Translations under genes and position numbers: made by a program | Source of the DNA: Octopus sinensis | Lineage: Eukaryota | Assembly: GCF_006345805.1 (NCBI RefSeq) | Contig: NC_043018.1 | Coordinates: 26,970,001-27,034,000, forward strand | Length of the DNA stretch: 64,000 nucleotides | Direction of reading: 5' to 3' | In this document: positions 61,280 through 64,000 of the stretch, piece by piece | How the letters are laid out: each line of letters starts with the position of its first letter | Numbering within the stretch: the first letter of the stretch is position 1 | The notes under the pieces: model-generated | Databases searched by the model: none | What the model was told of the DNA's origin: nothing | The model's input: only the letters and a program-made list of their open reading frames with translations

Positions 61280-62930
61280 GGGGGAGTGTCTTTGCGTCCG
61301 AAGATTGAACGATTTGTATACCAGTTTTTGTGGAAGTTGTGTTCCAGATGTGGCGTTCTGGGTTCAACCTAGGCCGGGAGTACTGAATGGCCGGAAGATT
61401 TCTTTTGGTGTGTTTCTGAACTATTGACTTTCTTTCTTCTAAACTTTATTTGACTTACTTTTTTTGTGAATTGTTTTCCTTTTCTTCTTTCCATTTTATT
61501 GTGACTTTCTTTTGATTTCTTTTTTCTTCTAACTTTTTAAGTTTTATTTTGAACTATTTTCGAACTGTTAAAAAAAATAATGAGGAAACATGGCAATGAA
61601 AAAGATAATGTTTTGAAGTGAGAGATTGTACCACCCAAAAAGTGGTTGAAAGACCGTGAAGATAGGACAGTGGTGTTGAGGACCTACTCCAAGTCCCTCG
61701 ACATTATCGCCCTATTCGAAAGGAGGAGTTGGCAGAGTATTTGCCAACAATTAAATTCATTTCCAGGGGTGTCAAATACGCAACGGTGTATTGACACCCC
61801 CGAAATGCTCTTGGAGGGCGAGGAAATTTTGTTTCTTCCCACGTATTGTGGGATGAGGTTGACCAGGGATTGGGTCTGCGAGTTGCCACCCGGGATAAAA
61901 CCCGAGTGGATAGAGGAGACTATCCGCCGGGGTCTGGGTGGCAGCGGAGCCAAGCTCCTTAATGTGAAAGTTTTCCCTGCGGCTGATTGGCTTGGGTCAA
62001 AAGCTGTTTTGACCCTTTGGACCCAATCAGCCAATCTGGTTTTACCAGATTCTTTTTAAATGGCCGGGTGCAGGTACCCGGTGATTCTTGAGGGTCGCCT
62101 CCCCTCCCCACCAGATATCATCAGTGCCTGCAGTCTGGTCATATAAAGAAAAACTGTCCCCAGGAACAAAATAAGGTCCTGGAGCAGTTGAGTGAGACCT
62201 CTGTAGAAGAGGGAATGTAGGCGGCCGAGGAGGCGGAGGATTCCTCAAACAGGGACCGCAAGAGGAAGAGGGTGAGCAACAGTGAGTGCTCACCGAAGGA
62301 TCCTATGGATGAGGAAGGGGAGGCGAATCTCCCGATCACGGAGAAGACGCACCCTCACTCAGTTGAAAAGAAAAAAAAAAGAGGAAGAGGAAGAGAAACT
62401 GGACATTGCCGGCAGTCGGTGATATAGTACCGGAATGTCCCAGAGACACCGTTGGTGGGAACTGTGCCGCCAACGGTAGAATTGGATATCCCGCCCCGGA
62501 GGAAGACGAATTATTGATCTCCTATAAAGGCGGAGAGGTTGAAAAGGTGGTGGAAAAGTAACGTAAGGGAACTCCTTTAGCCTTCACACAGGATCCCGAA
62601 TGGCCTCCGCAGATAGCTGTGGAGATCATAACGTTGGACGTGACGTTTAGGCTGGAGGGACTCAATGAGAAATATCGCTTGTACCCGGGCGACACCGACA
62701 CGGAACCCGCTTTGATCTTGAATGAGGCGTGGGGGGTGGAGGCAGATGCTGGCACAAGCGATGTTGAGGGTGAGTTATAAATTGTGACACTGTGTAATAC
62801 TAATATTTGATAATAGGCACTTCGCCTTCTTCTGTCTGAACTTCCGGCTGTCAACGCGGTCTGCTCTGCAGGCGGCTAGATATTTGAATGGGGGTTCTGA
62901 AGGGGGAGGAAGGGAAAAGTGATATCGTAT
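61280..62930 (+). mobile_element. Probable Tx1/L1-clade LINE 5' portion (5' UTR + decayed ORF1)
   Basis: ORF 61646-62059 followed by VILEGR and a degenerate CCHC knuckle (Y)HQCLQSGHIKKNCP at 62116-62160, then a basic/acidic low-complexity tail; possible APE start near 62845. Confidence 0.55.
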
Positions 62931-63109
62931 TTTTTATGTTTGATCGACTTTTTGATTTTTATATAATAAAAGAACCCTGTGATTTCGAAGGGGGCTCGGC
63001 CTGCGGGCGCCGATAACCCTTCCCATTTACACCATTCGTATTTGTCATTTTCATCTCATTGATGTATATACCCAACCCACATTGCTTCTCTGTAAGGCCT
63101 TCATGGCCA

Positions 63110-63608
63110 ATGTGATAAAATAAAGAAGTTAGCTTCCTAACCACATGGTTCTGAGTTCAATCGCACTGCGTGGCACCTTGGGCAAATATCTTCTATTAAA
63201 GCTACAGGTCGACTAAAAGCCTTGTGAATGGATTTAGTAGACGGACCTCAAAGAAGCGCGTCGTATACATACATACATACATACATACACACACACATAT
63301 ATGTGTGTGTGTGTGTTTGTGTCATTACATTTATGGTTGTCCACTTGACAACCGCTGTTAGTTCATTTACACCCTTGCAACTTAGCGGTTTATCAACAGT
63401 GACTGACAGAATACGTACGAGGCTTTAATATATATATATTCTTTTTTCTTTTAATCGACAAATCGACCCCAGGGCTTATTCTTTGTAAGCCTAGTACTTA
63501 TTCTATAGGTCTCTTTTGCCGAACCGCTAAGTTACGAGGAAGTAAACACACCAGCATCGGTTGTCAAGCGATGTTGGGGGGGGGACAAACACAGATACAC
63601 AAACATAT

Positions 63609-63639
<31 letters not shown>

Positions 63640-63805
63640 CATACATACGACGGGCTTCTTTCAGTTTCCGTTTACCAAATCCACTCACAAGGCTTTGGTC
63701 GGCCCGAGGCTATAGTAGAAGACACTTGCCCAATGTGCAACGCAGTGGGATTGAACCCGGAAGCATGTGGTTGGTAAGCAAGCTACTTATAACACAGCCA
63801 CTCCT
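63110..63805. mobile_element. Two SINE family A copies tail-to-tail (63110-63425 +, 63450-63805 -)
   Basis: Degenerate forward copy and a well-preserved reverse copy ending ACACAGCCACTCCT. Confidence 0.85.
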
Positions 63806-64000
63806 AACTTTTATTAGTTAATTAAGAGCATTTCTTAACAAATGCATACTAAAAGCAATTCACTTGTCTAACAATCTGATTACTCTCCAGAAAAAACGGC
63901 GCCGGTGGAGACGGGGGTCGCCCGCGGATGTGGTTGTAGAGGGCGTTGTTTTTATAACAAGACTGCAATACAGAAGACATTGGTAGTGATGCACTTTAAC

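Overview
Eukaryotic, AT-rich DNA almost entirely made of repeats. The SINE families and microsatellite load suggest an octopus (cephalopod) genome; this is an inference, not a database result. I found no host protein-coding gene, rRNA, true tRNA gene or CRISPR array that I can support. Most ORFs in the supplied track are artefacts of (TA)n, (CA)n, (CATA)n, (TAA)n and (CTA/CTG)n repeats. Recognisable content: a 29-bp satellite (1-3965); a Helitron with a Pif1-helicase fragment; a 5'-truncated RTE LINE carrying a PHD finger and interrupted by a CR1 LINE; a near full-length Penelope-like element (RT + GIY-YIG, 1.7-kb pseudo-LTRs, 52703-60578) plus other Penelope pLTR fragments; HERO, R4/Dong, Tx1/L1 and CR1 fragments; several Tc1/mariner relics; piggyBac-like and hAT-like MITEs; and many copies of at least four tRNA-derived SINE families. 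The strongest leads are (i) a set of unusual hammerhead-ribozyme-like motifs, including one whose strands occur in a non-circularly permuted order (36758-36833), echoed in two HERO 3' UTRs, and one with a compensatory U3-A8 core pair; (ii) a SINE whose 3' tail matches the 3' end of a Tx1/L1 LINE sitting in a (GATA)n tract; (iii) microsatellite-specific positioning of several retroelement families. All coordinates and alignments were done by eye, and the many 1-bp indels suggest imperfectly polished assembly sequence.
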